Of a DNA stretch of 64,000 nucleotides, positions 12,308-24,970 are shown in pieces. The notes under the pieces are model-generated. The model made no database searches. It was not told the origin of the DNA and saw only the letters and a program-made list of their open reading frames with translations. The stretch's first letter is position 1, and every line of letters starts with the position of its first letter. Origin of the DNA: Octopus sinensis. Its lineage: Eukaryota. The translations under genes and the position numbers were made by a program. Where the stretch lies: NCBI RefSeq assembly GCF_006345805.1, contig NC_043003.1:26784001-26848000 (forward strand), read 5' to 3'.

Positions 12308-12842
12308 ACATATATATATATATATATGAGTGTGTGTATATGTGTGTGCGCGCGCGCATGTGTGTCTGTGCGTCTGTCTGTGTGTATTCGAGTGGTATAT
12401 CCTTGGTTATGGCATATAACCGGTCAAGTTGTTACCATTGGTTTCATGTCTAGTATTGCACTGGACAATATCGATAGCACATTAGACATGCTGACCGGGA
12501 GAACATAGCATCTTTACTGATAGAGGTAAATATACAGACTTGATATGTGTATATACATATATATATATATATATATAAAATAGTATTCAACTCTGTTCTA
12601 TCTCTGGTATTCGAATTTTATTTTCCTCTATCTTGTTTTGCACCTATGTACTCATATGTGTGTGTATGTATGTATGTATGTATGTATGTATGTATGTATG
12701 TATGTATGCATGCTGAGAGAGAGAGTGCGAGGACACTCAATTATCAGTGTATTACTATCCTCAAAAAAGTTAAAAGATTTTAAATTTGTTAAAATTTGTT
12801 CTCAGATTCCTACGTGGCAGTTAAAATTCTAACACAGACACA

Positions 12843-12905
<63 letters not shown>

Positions 12906-12991
12906 ACGCGCGCGCGCGCGAAGAAAAAGAAAAACAGAAAAACATGCAGTTATTGTTGCCATATGTGAGGAACACAATTTAGAAATAAAGT

Positions 12992-13610
12992 TTGGACAGA
13001 ATTGGAAGCTTCTGGCAAGAATATTTCAACTGTAGCAAAGAAAGAAAAAAAATGCATTCTAAGCGTTCGTACACTCTATGGAGACCGCAATTCGTACAAC
13101 GGGTTCCAAACATTATCGATGATGATACCGGAAAAATGAATGAGAACCATCGCCAAAGAACTTCAGGTGTCGGAGTGGACTTTCAGAACTGTGGTCCACG
13201 TGTACTGTCCGTTCCAAGCGATTATTTAACAAGGTTAAAAACATTCGCGAATATACTTCGCTTTGATTTTTCTCCGTCCGATGTCCCTAGAGACATTCAT
13301 GCTAAGTTTCCAGCAACTGTGATGGTTTTAGGAGTGGTGAATAATGAAGGTAATGTCATGCCACCTCACATCATTTCACAGGGTCTTAGAATTAATGCTA
13401 CTGGTTATCTTGAGGTGATGTGGACAGTCGCTAAACCCCGGATGGATGAAGTACACAGTAAAAGGCGATATGTGTTTCATCAAAATTCAGTTCCTTCTCA
13501 CAAAACCAACGTAGCTCAAGAATGGATGTCAAACCGTCTTCACGATCTTGTGACACCAAACTTGTTGTCTTCATACTCGCCAGATTTAAACGCCCATGGA
13601 CTATTATACT
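12992..13610 (+). mobile_element. maT/DD37D-type Tc1-mariner transposase fragment
   Basis: HAKFPATVMVLGVVNNEGNVMPPH..QGLRINATGY..YVFHQNSVPSHK..YSPDLN; catalytic residues decayed. Confidence 0.8.
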
Positions 13611-14009
13611 TGAGCATACACACAAATGACCTGAGAAAACACTTTCTCCAAGTCTATATATCTGCAACACTCCTGAACACTACAAAACCTCCTTTCTCAG
13701 AACACTAACTTTCTCAAGTGATCCCAATCTCTCACTATCTATAACACTCCTGAAAACTACTATAACATCGCCCTGAAATTACTCAGAGAACATCAACTGT
13801 TGCACTCTCACTCAATCTACTTTGATGTAATGAAGATCAAATAAGTGAGATAAAAGCACATATAAATGGAAGTACAGAAGATGTTCATAGAGTGTCATAG
13901 AATTGTCTTAAGTTTGTGTAGTTGCATCTTAAACCCAATACCTACCCTAATATATAATCTTCTAAACTTGTGGACATAGGCTTAACGTATTTCATCTACA
14001 TATAATTAG

Positions 14010-14266
14010 ATTTTCTGCAATCTTGCTATATTTCTCCATTTACATTTTCTACAACCTTTTAAATTTTCTACATCCTCTTTATGATTTCTATACCCTTGCC
14101 ACATTTTCTACACACATGCAATACTTTCTACACACTTGTTATATTTTCTACATTGCAATACTATGTACAACCTTGGAAGATTTTCTACCTCCTTGCAATA
14201 TTTTATATACACGTTATATCTTACACAAACTTGTATTTTCTACAACTTTGTAATATTTTCTACAAC
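14010..14266. repeat. Degenerate ~20-bp minisatellite
   Basis: Recurring ATATTTTCTACAACCTTG(C) variants. Confidence 0.7.
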
Positions 14267-14296
14267 CGTGTGTGTGTGTGTGTATGTGTGTGTGTC

Positions 14297-14681
14297 GGAG
14301 GCGCAATGGCCCAGTGGTTAGGGCAGCGGACTCGCGGTCATAGGATCGTGCTTTCGATTCCCAGACCGGGCGTTGTGAGTGTTTATTGAGCGAAAAACAC
14401 CTAAAAGCTCCACGAGGCTCCGGCAGGGGATGGTGGTGATCTCTGCTGTACTCTTTCACCACAACTTTCTCTCACTCTTACTTCCTGTTTCTGTTGTACC
14501 TGTATTTCAAGGGGCCGGCCTTGTCACTCTCTGTGTCACGCTGAATATCCCCGAGAACTACGTTAAGGGTACACGTGTCTGTGGAGTGCTCAGCCACTTA
14601 CACGTTAATTTCACGAGCAGGCTGTTCCGTTGATTCAGATCAACCGGAACCCTCATCGTCGTTACCGACGGAGTGCTTCCA
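14297..14681 (+). mobile_element. tRNA-derived SINE head A, tail X
   Basis: Near-identical to 39981-40367 and 48499-48872; A box TGGCCCAGTGGTTAGG, B box TTCGATTCCC. Confidence 0.9.
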
Positions 14682-14694
14682 TGTGTGTGTGTGC

Positions 14695-14798
<104 letters not shown>

Positions 14799-15016
14799 AA
14801 TGATAGCATGTCATTAGAGTAGCTAGCTATATACCATAAACATCTGGTTGTTAAACGGCAACTACAAACCAGCAAAAACTCGCTGGACTGCAGAAGAGGA
14901 CAGCATACTCCTGCCACCAAATGCAACTCTTTCACGAAACCGCCATTTCATAGGATGTAAAAAAATATTTTGCGTCCTCACTAGATTGGAGTATGGTATA
15001 TTTTTGGAATAACGAT

Positions 15017-15236
15017 CTTCTTCTTCTTCTTCTTCTTCTTCTTCTTCTTCTTCTTCTTCTTCTTCTTCTTCTTCTTCTTCTTCACTTAATTGCTGTTGTT
15101 GTTTTTGTTGTTATTTTTCTTCTTCTTCACTTAATTGCTGTTGTTGTTTTTGTTGTTCTTTTTCTTATTCTTCTTCTTCTTCTTCTTCTTCTTCTTCTTC
15201 TTCTTCTTCTTCTTCTTCTTCTTCTTCTTCTTCTTT

Positions 15237-15279
<43 letters not shown>

Positions 15280-16395
15280 CCACACCACCACCACCACCAC
15301 CACCAATCGTTGTTTTTGTCGTCGTCGTTGTTATTGTTCTACTACTACTACTACTACTACTACTACTCTACTACTACTACTGTTACTACTACTACTTTTT
15401 CTCCTTTTCTTTCCTCTCTTCCTCTCCTCCTCCTTCGCCTCCTCAACAAGAGCAGAAATAAAACAACTGCAGCAACTAAAACCGCCGCCACCACCACCAC
15501 CGCGGCCACCACCACAACCACTGCTGCCGCCGCGGCCACCACCACAACCACCAGCACAACAACAACAGCAGCAACAACAACAACAACAACAACAGCAGAA
15601 GCAGCAGCAGCAGCAGCAATAACAACAACAAGAAGCTCAGCAACGGCAGCAGAAGTTTTCAGCGAATTCTTTATGACAAAAGAACTTTTGAAAAATCATG
15701 ACCGAATGACCAGTTGTAATATTGCTAATGAGATAATTGCTATGACGTCACAGATATCTTTTCAATCAACAAGAAAACTGATGACGTTAGAGCCCTTTGC
15801 AGCTTACCTGCATTCAGCTAAGAGCCAATCCCTTGAAGCGACGCTACAACCGCAAAATCGCGATAATAAACACAATCATTATATCGCAGCCACTAACTAC
15901 TACTACTACTACTACTACTTATACCACTACTACCACCACCACCACTACTACTACTACTTATTACCATTGTCACTGCCACCAACATCATCATCATTATTAC
16001 CAAACCCACCCCACAACCTACTACCACCACCACCACTGCCACCACCGCCACCACCACCACCACCACCTCTGCCACCACCACCACCACTGCCACCATCACC
16101 ACCACTGTCACCACCACCACCACCGCCGCCGCCGCCGCCGCCACCGCCACCGCCGCCTCCGCCGCCTCCGCCGCCTCCGCCGCCTCCGCCGCCTCCATCG
16201 CCGCCTCCATCGCCGCCTCCGCCGCCTCCGCCGCCTCTGCCGCCTCCGCCGCCTCCGCCTCAACTGCCTCCGCCTCCGCCGCCTCCGCCGCCTCCGCCGC
16301 CTCCGCCGCCTCCGCCGCCTCCGCCGCCACCACCACCACTACCACCACCACCACCACCACTACCACCACCACCACTCTCCCTACCATCACTGCAA
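15017..16395. repeat. Mosaic trinucleotide array around a ~240-bp unique island
   Basis: (TCT)(CAT)(CAC)(TAC)(CAA)(CAG)(CCG/CCT) runs; non-repetitive island ~15650-15890. Confidence 0.9.
15808..15843 (-). CDS. Candidate 36-nt exon (phase 2-2: VASRDWLLAEC)
   Basis: Acceptor GATTTTGCGGTTGTAG|, donor CAG|GTAAGC; only one of three frames is open; lies in a unique island. Confidence 0.35.
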
Positions 16396-16659
16396 CCGCT
16401 AACCGAAACTTAAACTTAAGCGCAAGCATTACTCGAGACTTAAAGTACATATCAACTTTTACAACGAAAAAATGCAGTGACTTCGAAGTTTGTCAAACTT
16501 TCTGGTGAAAGCAAGCAAGTCGAAATTTCAAAGTTGCTGTCAGCTTTTTCCAATTAATAAATACGTGTTTGTGTGTATGTGTACGTATGCCTATGTACAT
16601 ATATATATATATGTGTGTGTGTGTGCGTGTATGAGTGTGTGCGTGTATGTATGTAACAT

Positions 16660-17165
16660 GTAACCAAGTACAACCTGTTGCATGGTCGGGTCATTTGCGA
16701 CTAAACCGGTAACCCCACCAAGCTTGCTTGGTGAGGAGGGTGTTTATTGGACAAAACAAAACCCGTCAAAGGGCGGAGGAACTCTTGAGAGTCAACGGCC
16801 ATCCAATAAATGTCTTAAGGCTGTATCATGCGCGGGGACAGAAATAATCGGACTGAATACCCGATCGCGCGGTTAAACCATTGGGAGTGAAGGACTTCTA
16901 GCCTTTGTTAGGGTATCCTTCTAGGAGAAGGTAACTCAGGAAACTGGGATGACTCCGACATAAAACCTGCGGCTCAGTGGTTATCGATGATGTTGACTTG
17001 TTCTTCTTTTCGGATTATGGCTGCTGCTGCTTAGTGAGTGGGATTGACTCAGTGCACAGCCTTTCCTCACTTTAAAAAAATCTTCTTGCACAGGCATTGC
17101 ACGATAACAACATTGATTAAGCTTCGTGCAATGGCCATACTCAATAACGAGGGGGCAGCCACCAT
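16660..17165 (+). mobile_element. Probable RTE-type LINE 5' UTR remnant
   Basis: GC-richer segment with CTAGGAGAAGGTAACTC, a motif I recall from RTE 5' UTRs; no ORF. Confidence 0.3.
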
Positions 17166-17239
17166 ATGCATATAGTACGTACGTATGCATGAACGTATGC
17201 ATCTATGTAAGTATGTATATATATATGTGTGTGTGTATG

Positions 17240-18065
17240 TATAGAATGCGTTTTTTTATACTTTTATTTTTCAAAATTAAGATAAACAGACTTCTTTTTA
17301 ATCTAAAATATACTCTCCTTCATTTTCTACAATGCTCTTCCATCTGCCTGGTTGACTTGGAAGGTCCTCTTCCAAACTTCACGAAAAACCATGACGAAAA
17401 GTACTCCCCTAGTACTGTTCTGACCTTGTCTACAGAATTCATATTTTTCGTCCAAATGATTTTGAAGACTACGGAATAAAAAATAATCAGTTGGGGCAAT
17501 GTCCGGCGAATATGGTGGGTGGGGTATCGTTTCCCATTCAAACTGCTCCAGCCTTTGGAATGTCATTCTCGTTGTATGTGGCCGAGCATTATCCTGATGG
17601 CAGAACACCTTTCGTCTTGAAACCAAAGATTGTCGTTCTTCATCTAACGTTGACTTAACCCGCTCAAGCTGCTCGCAGTAGATTTTTTTTTGTAATGGTT
17701 TAGTTTGGGTTTAAATGTTCAAAGTGGACTAAACCCTTCATATTCCACCTAACAGATAACAAAACTTTGTGTAGCTGAAGACCTTTAGCCTGGGGTACCA
17801 GTGTTTCTCTTTTCCATAGCCACTGTCTTCGGCGCTTGACATTTTTATAGAGAACCCATTTCTCGTCACCAATCACTATTCTGTCCAAAAGGGGCTCATT
17901 CGTGATACGTAACAGCAAAGAAGAGCAAACATTCACTCTCTGCGTACGATTAGACTCGGAAAGTTTGTAATGGACACATTGACCCAATTTACTGACTTTT
18001 CCGATGGCATGCAGGTGTCGATGAATGGTTGAATGACCAGACTGAAACTTCTCTGCTAGTTCCTT
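17240..18065 (-). mobile_element. Mariner (DD34D) transposase pseudogene, copy 1
   Basis: IVIGDEKWVLYKN, HQDNARPH, HPPYSPDIAPTDYFLFRSLQN; frameshifted. Confidence 0.9.
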
Positions 18066-18327
18066 AACAGATACGCTCCAAAGTTATAGCCGAGACGGTA
18101 GTTAAGGAGCAACTGCAGATTTACGATGCAGCGGATATATAATTGTTAAAGTGGACAACAAATATTAAGGCAAGGGTAACATCTCGAGTCGTCTATACTA
18201 TTATTATTGGAATTTTTTCTATTAATAATATTACATACGACTTGAGATGTTTGCCTTGCCTTAATGTCTGTTGTCTTCTTTAACAATTTTATACGTATGT
18301 ATGCATGTGTATATATATATATATATA

Positions 18328-18580
18328 TATTAATAAAAGGAATTCCAACCTTGTCTGATTTTCACGTTTTATTTACAATCTTATAATGATATAATATAAG
18401 ATAATATAAAATAATAGAATAAAATAAAATAGTAGAATGTTAAATGTTCAATCAGAATGAACATTTAACATTCTACTATTTTATTTTATTCTATTATTTT
18501 ATATTATCTTATATTATATCATTATAAGATTGTAAATAAAACGTGAAAATCAGACAAGGTTGGAATTCCTTTTATTAATA
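18328..18580. repeat. Fold-back palindrome, 123-bp arms, 7-nt spacer
   Basis: 18328-18450 is the reverse complement of 18458-18580; (TA)n on the left, TA-rich sequence on the right. Confidence 0.9.
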
Positions 18581-18609
18581 TATTCTTCTATACACAATCA
18601 CACACACCC

Positions 18610-18694
<85 letters not shown>

Positions 18695-18944
18695 AATCTT
18701 TAGTAAAATATTTAATGGGAATATTATATACTGAATTTATATTGAGTGCTCTATTGTATCAAAGTGTTAATACTATTAAAGTATTTATATATTTAGTACG
18801 AGCGATTAGAAATATATATTTTTTAATAATATATTATCATTAATATTAGGAAATCAATATCAAAACTCCTCAGAAAGATATACACGTGTAAGAAATAATT
18901 GTTGTATTAAAAATATATAAATAAATAAATAAATATAAATATGT

Positions 18945-19838
18945 ATAAATGGGCTGAAGACAACAACATGCAATTTAATGCTGGTAAATTTCAAGCCTTA
19001 CATATCAAGCTGTAAACAATATACATTACAACACAACTATACTGGTCCAGGAGGGATCGAATCCCAGTATCGAAATCATACGGGACCTGGGGATAGACAT
19101 GAGTGACGATGCATCTTTTTCTTCACACATCGCGAAGGTGGCGACAATGTGCAGACGACTCACTGGCTGGATCCTGAGGACATTCCGGACAAGAGACTGC
19201 GAGACCATGTTGACACTATGGAGGACATTTGTCCTAAGCCGCCTGGACTACTGCTCCCAACTGTGGTCACCGCATAGTGTCAAACTAACCACAGAGCTTG
19301 AGACAATCCAAAACACATTTCACCAAGAGGATTCACCATGAAAGAAAAGAACTATTGGGAGAGGCTTCGGGAACTCAATTTGTACTCCTTGGAACGAAGA
19401 CGAGAGAGATATGCAGTGATATACATATGGAAAATCCTGGAGGGACTAGCACCAAATTTTGGAATTGAGAGCTGTTCCAATCCCCGTACAGGACGTCACT
19501 GTGTGGTGCCAAAGGTCCCGTCTTCCACATCCAGGGTAAGGAGCAGATACTGTAATAGCCTGGGGTTCGGGCCCTCAGCTTTTCAACAACCTGCCAAGAA
19601 ACTAAGAGATCTGCATGATGCGGATGTGGACATTTTCAAAAAACATCTAGACAGCTGCTTTCCGGGATCCCAGATGAACCCACTGCAAGGTACGAGGGTA
19701 ACCTAAGGGCAGCAGCTACAACTCTCTCTTAGATCAGTGGCCAGCCACGGCAAACTGGACTTATGAGGGTAGCAACAAGGCGGTGCCCCAGCATGGCCTC
19801 AGCCGGATGGCTGAAACAAGTAAAAGAGTAAAAGAGTA
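18945..19838 (+). mobile_element. CR1/L2-like LINE 3' fragment with intact tail
   Basis: WAEDNNMQFNAGKFQ, DLGIDMSDDASFSSHI, LSRLDYCSQLWSP, LYSLERRRERY; ends (GTAAAAGA)n. Confidence 0.85.
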
Positions 19839-20061
19839 TGTATAAAAATATATGTAAATGTGTATAAACATAAATATATAATGTATATGACAGTTGAAAA
19901 GTTTTGAATTAATTATTTAAAGCATCTTGCGATCATTTCACAGAACAGTTGTCCCTATAATGAAATCCCATATTGATAAGCATTTATAGACAACGCTTCT
20001 GCTCTTCAGAGATATAAAAATTTGAATTCTGTATAACATATCGAATGGTAGTTTTTTTTAA

Positions 20062-20140
20062 AACTATAAAATAGTGTTTGTTTGAAAGATATAAAAAGTA
20101 AAACTTTTTATATCTTTCAAACAAACACTATTTTATAGTT
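20062..20140. repeat. Perfect palindrome, 38-bp arms, 3-nt spacer
   Basis: AACTATAAAATAGTGTTTGTTTGAAAGATATAAAAAGT-aaa-reverse complement. Confidence 0.9.
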
Positions 20141-20944
20141 AATCTGGTATCTAAAAGATCATAATAAACAATTTAATTTAGAATGGAATATTCTCTCTAT
20201 CTCCTTACCGTATGATAAAGGTAAACATATCTGCTCGCTTTGTAATAACGGAATGTTTTATATTCTATTCTCAAAAAATCCCCTTGTAAACACGCTTATA
20301 GAATGCGTTTATCGTTGCAAACATTGGCAGAAACATACCTTTAGTTCCTATAAGTGATTTCTAGCATTCCATAAAATTCGACCTTTGACTGTCTTCATAC
20401 ATTTCACTTCCACCAAATATATCTACTTCCATGCCTTTAAGCTTTAATCCTATTCACCTATCGCTCTATATCTCTCACCATTATTAGTTTTCTGCTAATC
20501 TCTTTCTCTCTCCTTTTTCTATGAACTACCTCTGACGTTATATCTACTAACGTTTTTTTTTTACAAAAAAAACTTAGTAGCGTTCCCTTCATCATTATAC
20601 GCAGTCAACGCATTCTGTTAAAATGTCTTACTGATGGGTTTGGTTTCTTTCTTTCCCTGATGAGAAGATTGCATTGTTTTCCACCATTTTATTCCTTCTG
20701 GAATAATACCAATATTGTCTTTGTAACATATGTCGGAGATAAAAGAATTTGAATAACACCTGCGTTTAACTCCATTTATTTATTTATTTATTTATCTATA
20801 TTATACAAAACATTTCACCTTAACCCTGAGTTTCTACCTTTATAAATAGGTTGTTACATCCTTGTTATTTGTGTGATTTTTTGCTATCCTTATAACTGTT
20901 TATTTATTTTTTCCGTGTTATTTGTAAACACTGAAAAAGCACAC

Positions 20945-20988
<44 letters not shown>

Positions 20989-21929
20989 CACACACCAGTA
21001 TAAATAAATCACATTATGTGTGTATAATGACTAGCGCATACATTTCTACAATTCTCAACCGATTTTCACCAAACTTTACACACACATTACTTATGTCTCA
21101 ACGATAGTCATACGCTATGACATTTTGCTCCCGCGTTAATGGGCAAACCTGAAAAAACGGTGGCTTACATGGGTTTTTCTCTAATTCGTTGCATTACATA
21201 GTTTTTTGTATGTAGAGTCTTCCACATACTTTTTAAATCTATAAAGTTGTATATCGACATCAGAGGATATTTTTTTGAGTGGTCTTCACATTTTTTATTT
21301 TTTATTTATTTATATTTTGTAATTGTGTAATATTACTTGGACAGAGAATATTATAAAAGTGAAAGGATTTTATCTATTTCTTTCTTTCCACTGTCCACCT
21401 GCGATAGTTATTAGAATGACAGTTCGCGATGAATATCCAATACCAAATAATCTTAATCGCCATATTAAACTTTGGCAAGCTTACCATTACCTATTCTGAG
21501 TTACATGAAAGGTGATGTTCTCTTCCCCCTTTTCTATTTATTGTTACCTTTGTTTACCTACCAATGCGTTGTTTCACTTTAAGGATGCTTATTTACTCAT
21601 CCATTATGATATTTCGAACGCGACAACATTTCACTGTGGACTGCTTAAGATTCAAAGCAGTATTCGTGAACTGAAGTCAAACTTTTTCATGTCTTCATTT
21701 TTTTCTTTACCTGAAGTAAATTTCAGAATGGTCATACACTGTAAACACGTAACAAATACATTCCATTAACTCTACTTTTTCAAGTAGGTATTACATTGCC
21801 ATTTTTGAGCGTATACCATCATACTTCTCCCCGAAAAAATAGCTCCCTTTACCGTTGAATTAAATAGGTTTTGGGATAACGTCACAAAATTTCACGGAAA
21901 TACTAATCAATTTTACCTAGTGGATGTCG

Positions 21930-22140
21930 TTCAGTTCATTTGGCTCTTACTAGGAAAACCTGACATTTTGAGGTTTTTTGTTATGTTGTCCAGTGACCCT
22001 ATAAGAATAGGTACAAAGGGGAATCTGTAACCAGGATACCAGAACTGTTGGTTCTGCAGCAATTTGCCATAGATGTTGTTTCCCCCAATTTTAGACGAGA
22101 CTTTCACATCAGCTGAGCTGACCTTTTAAAACAATAGATG
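21930..22140 (-). mobile_element. REL-endonuclease-type (R4/NeSL-like) LINE C-terminal remnant
   Basis: SADVKVSSKIGGNNIYGKLLQNQQFWYPGYRFPFVPILIGSL resembles the REL end (K...Y..L...P+++GALG). Confidence 0.5.
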
Positions 22141-22228
22141 ATTTTTGCTCCGTGTTCCACAAAACATCAAATCTATTGTATTTACATCATGTGGCTCATT
22201 TTTCTACTGAAATTTTATATCAATTTTT

Positions 22229-22389
22229 AGCGTGGCTAGGTGATAAAGAGTTTGCTTCCCAACCACATGGTTTTGGGTTCGGTCCCACTGCGTGGCAACT
22301 TGGTGAGGTATTTTCCTTTATAGCTTCGAGCCGACCAAAGCCTTGTAAGTGGATTTGGTAGACGGAAACTGAAATAGGCCCGTGTGTGT

Positions 22390-22436
<47 letters not shown>

Positions 22437-22670
22437 TGTATGTGTGTGTGTATTTATGCGTGTTTTTGAGTTTGCGTTTGTCCACCCACCATCACTTGAC
22501 AACAGATGTTGGTGTGTTTACGTCCCTGTAACTTAGCGGTTCGACAATAGAGACCGATAGAATAAGTACTAGGCTTACAAAGAATAAATCCTGGCGCCGA
22601 TTTCTTCGACTAAAAAAACCCCTAAAAGGCATGGTTGCAGTTCAATGAAACAAGTAAAAGAATAAAAGAA
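22229..22670 (+). mobile_element. SINE type D
   Basis: Same head, internal (TG)n and tail as 3912-4380. Confidence 0.8.
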
Positions 22671-22934
22671 TGTCGATATATTCTCGTTCTCTTGCACACT
22701 TTTTTTTGACTGCCAGGACATTGTCCCCTGCGTATAGCATTGTAAATTGGTTGGGGTTACAATGCCATTTTCCATTGAAAGATACTACCTCAGACATTTG
22801 TTTTGGTTGATACTGATGATGTGGGCGATATCTTCGACACTAGCACAACACACTCGGCATTTTCTATCACAATGTAGAAGTTTAAAGGCAACCTCTCTCT
22901 CTTGTTCTTTAGATATTTAGTAGCTATCTCATAT

Positions 22935-23170
22935 ATGAAGATACGTGGCTTAGTGGTTAGGACATTCGGCTCACGTTATAAGACATTGAGTTCAATTCCC
23001 GGTGGCGCGTTGTGTCCTTGTGAAAGACACTTTATTTCACGTTGCACCAGTCCACTCAACCGGCAAAACTGAGTTGTACAGGTGATTCAAAGGGTCAGAC
23101 GTGTCACATTTTGTGTCATGCTGAACCTTGTTGAGAACTACATAAAGGGTATGTGTATGTGTGGAGTACT
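22935..23170 (+). mobile_element. CORE-type SINE head B, tail X (3'-truncated)
   Basis: Matches 44032-44350. Confidence 0.75.
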
Positions 23171-23859
23171 TCGTTTATTTAGAACGGTATAATGAGGGAG
23201 GTGTCTTTTTGCATTTGCAGTCACTGTAACGTGTATGCATACATACACACACACGCGAGCGCAATTTACTTAATTTGAAGATATACCACTTATTTGCTTC
23301 GAAATTCCAATGTTTTTACAAACTTCTTGTATGTTCGTAATTTCTCTGGCGTAACCAAGTTTTTGAAATCTATTGTTCTACGTGGGTGATCAACCTGCTA
23401 GAAAGTCCAGCCAATAACACCTGAACTTTCACTCTAGTATCCCATATAAAGCAGCAAACATTATTTAATGTTGTCCTCCTATAGAAGGAGGGCTGGAATG
23501 CATGTGCTAAAAGACCTGCTCAATCATACATAGCTGACCAGGGGCTACAAAAATACTACAACAGACATATAGACAGACAGATTGACACACACACACACAC
23601 TTGCGCTCGCGCTGACACGCAGAATGCTTGCAGCGACACCCTACGGACGAGCAATGTAACTAAAGAGACAATGGACAATGGCTGCCTGTTTCAAAGATAT
23701 TTGAGACGTCATAGAATCATTTTAGGAGAGTCTTAAAGCATTGTTGTTAGATAGTAGTGTGTGTTTGTACGAATTCTATCTCATATTAATTTCTGTCTCG
23801 TTCTCCCTCTGTCTCACCATCTCTCTCCCTCTTTCAGTATTTATGTTATGTTTACGTGA

Positions 23860-23914
<55 letters not shown>

Positions 23915-23917
23915 TAT

Positions 23918-23949
<32 letters not shown>

Positions 23950-24080
23950 CATATATAATATACAAATATATATATATTTTTCAATTAGTCAATTTAGGGT
24001 AGCAAAAAAATTCAATAGAAATTTATCGCTACCAGCGGCCTGGTGGAAAAGAAAAAATAGTCAACGACTAAATATATATA

Positions 24081-24267
24081 TATAACAATTTAGGAGTGAC
24101 CCTAACAGGTCATTCGTCCACCAGAAAGAGCAGCCATAACCACACCGCCAAGTAGTAGTAATTCAGAAATTAGGTAATTTCTGAATTACTACTACTTGGC
24201 GGTGTGAGTTATGGCTGCTCTTTCTGGTGGACGAATGACCTGTTAGGGTCACTCCTAAATTGTTATA
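24081..24267. repeat. Fold-back palindrome, ~92-bp arms, 2-nt spacer
   Basis: One indel between arms; both outer ends run into (TA)n. Confidence 0.9.
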
Positions 24268-24361
24268 CAAATATATATATATATATACATATATATATTA
24301 TATGCACACACACATATATTGTATGTATGTATATATATGTGTGTGTGTGTCTATATGTGTA

Positions 24362-24410
<49 letters not shown>

Positions 24411-24928
24411 ATATATAATGACATACATATGCATACACTCAGACTCATCTATATATTCAAATGTCTCGCGTCGAAGCAAACTTTTCAAGAACGCAAACAA
24501 TAATAGATTGAAAGACAGACAGACAGATAGACATACAGATAAATAGATAGATAGACAGATAGACACATATATATAGTGAGAGGAAGAGAGAAAGAGAGAG
24601 AGAGACGTACAGATTTGTGTATATGCAAACCAAGGTATGAGAAGTGTGTTTGTGAATAAATTATAAAATTTATCACATATCAGGAAGACCACACAAGAAA
24701 ATTGCAGCAAAGCCGCGTGATAGTGGTGTTCGTCGTGGCATGCGGACCGCCATATAACTTGTTAGCCATTGCGCTTTTATTCTTGTCTCCCGATTTATTT
24801 TAACATGCGCGATGCGTTTTTAATCACCTCTTCCGTTTTACGAATTCAGTGTGCATATGCGAATTGCGTGTTCATTCGTCTTTTTCCGGTTCCTAGTCAA
24901 GACTGTTTACAGATCACAACCATCTCAC

Positions 24929-24970
24929 GAACTGTGTCCGTGAGGAGCGATTCGCACTCCGATGGTTGTG
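24929..24970 (-). CDS. Candidate 42-nt cassette exon enclosed in an RNA three-way junction
   Basis: Very strong acceptor TTCTTCTTTTTCTTTTCTTTTTTTAG|, donor TTC|GTGAGA; length divisible by 3, all frames open. Confidence 0.45.

Noticed and set aside
14297-14370. tRNA genes at SINE heads
   Set aside because: A/B boxes present, but no complete acceptor stem; each continues into a SINE body.
14379-14633. Conserved small protein family (also 40063/40112, 48572/48621)
   Set aside because: Similarity comes from copies of one SINE.
15310-16413. 367-aa ORF and overlapping ORFs as a proline-rich or formin-like protein
   Set aside because: Trinucleotide repeats keep several frames open on both strands; no recognisable domain.
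21500-21780. PIF1/Helitron helicase remnant (IIMDE)
   Set aside because: Only a short motif amid stops; insufficient.
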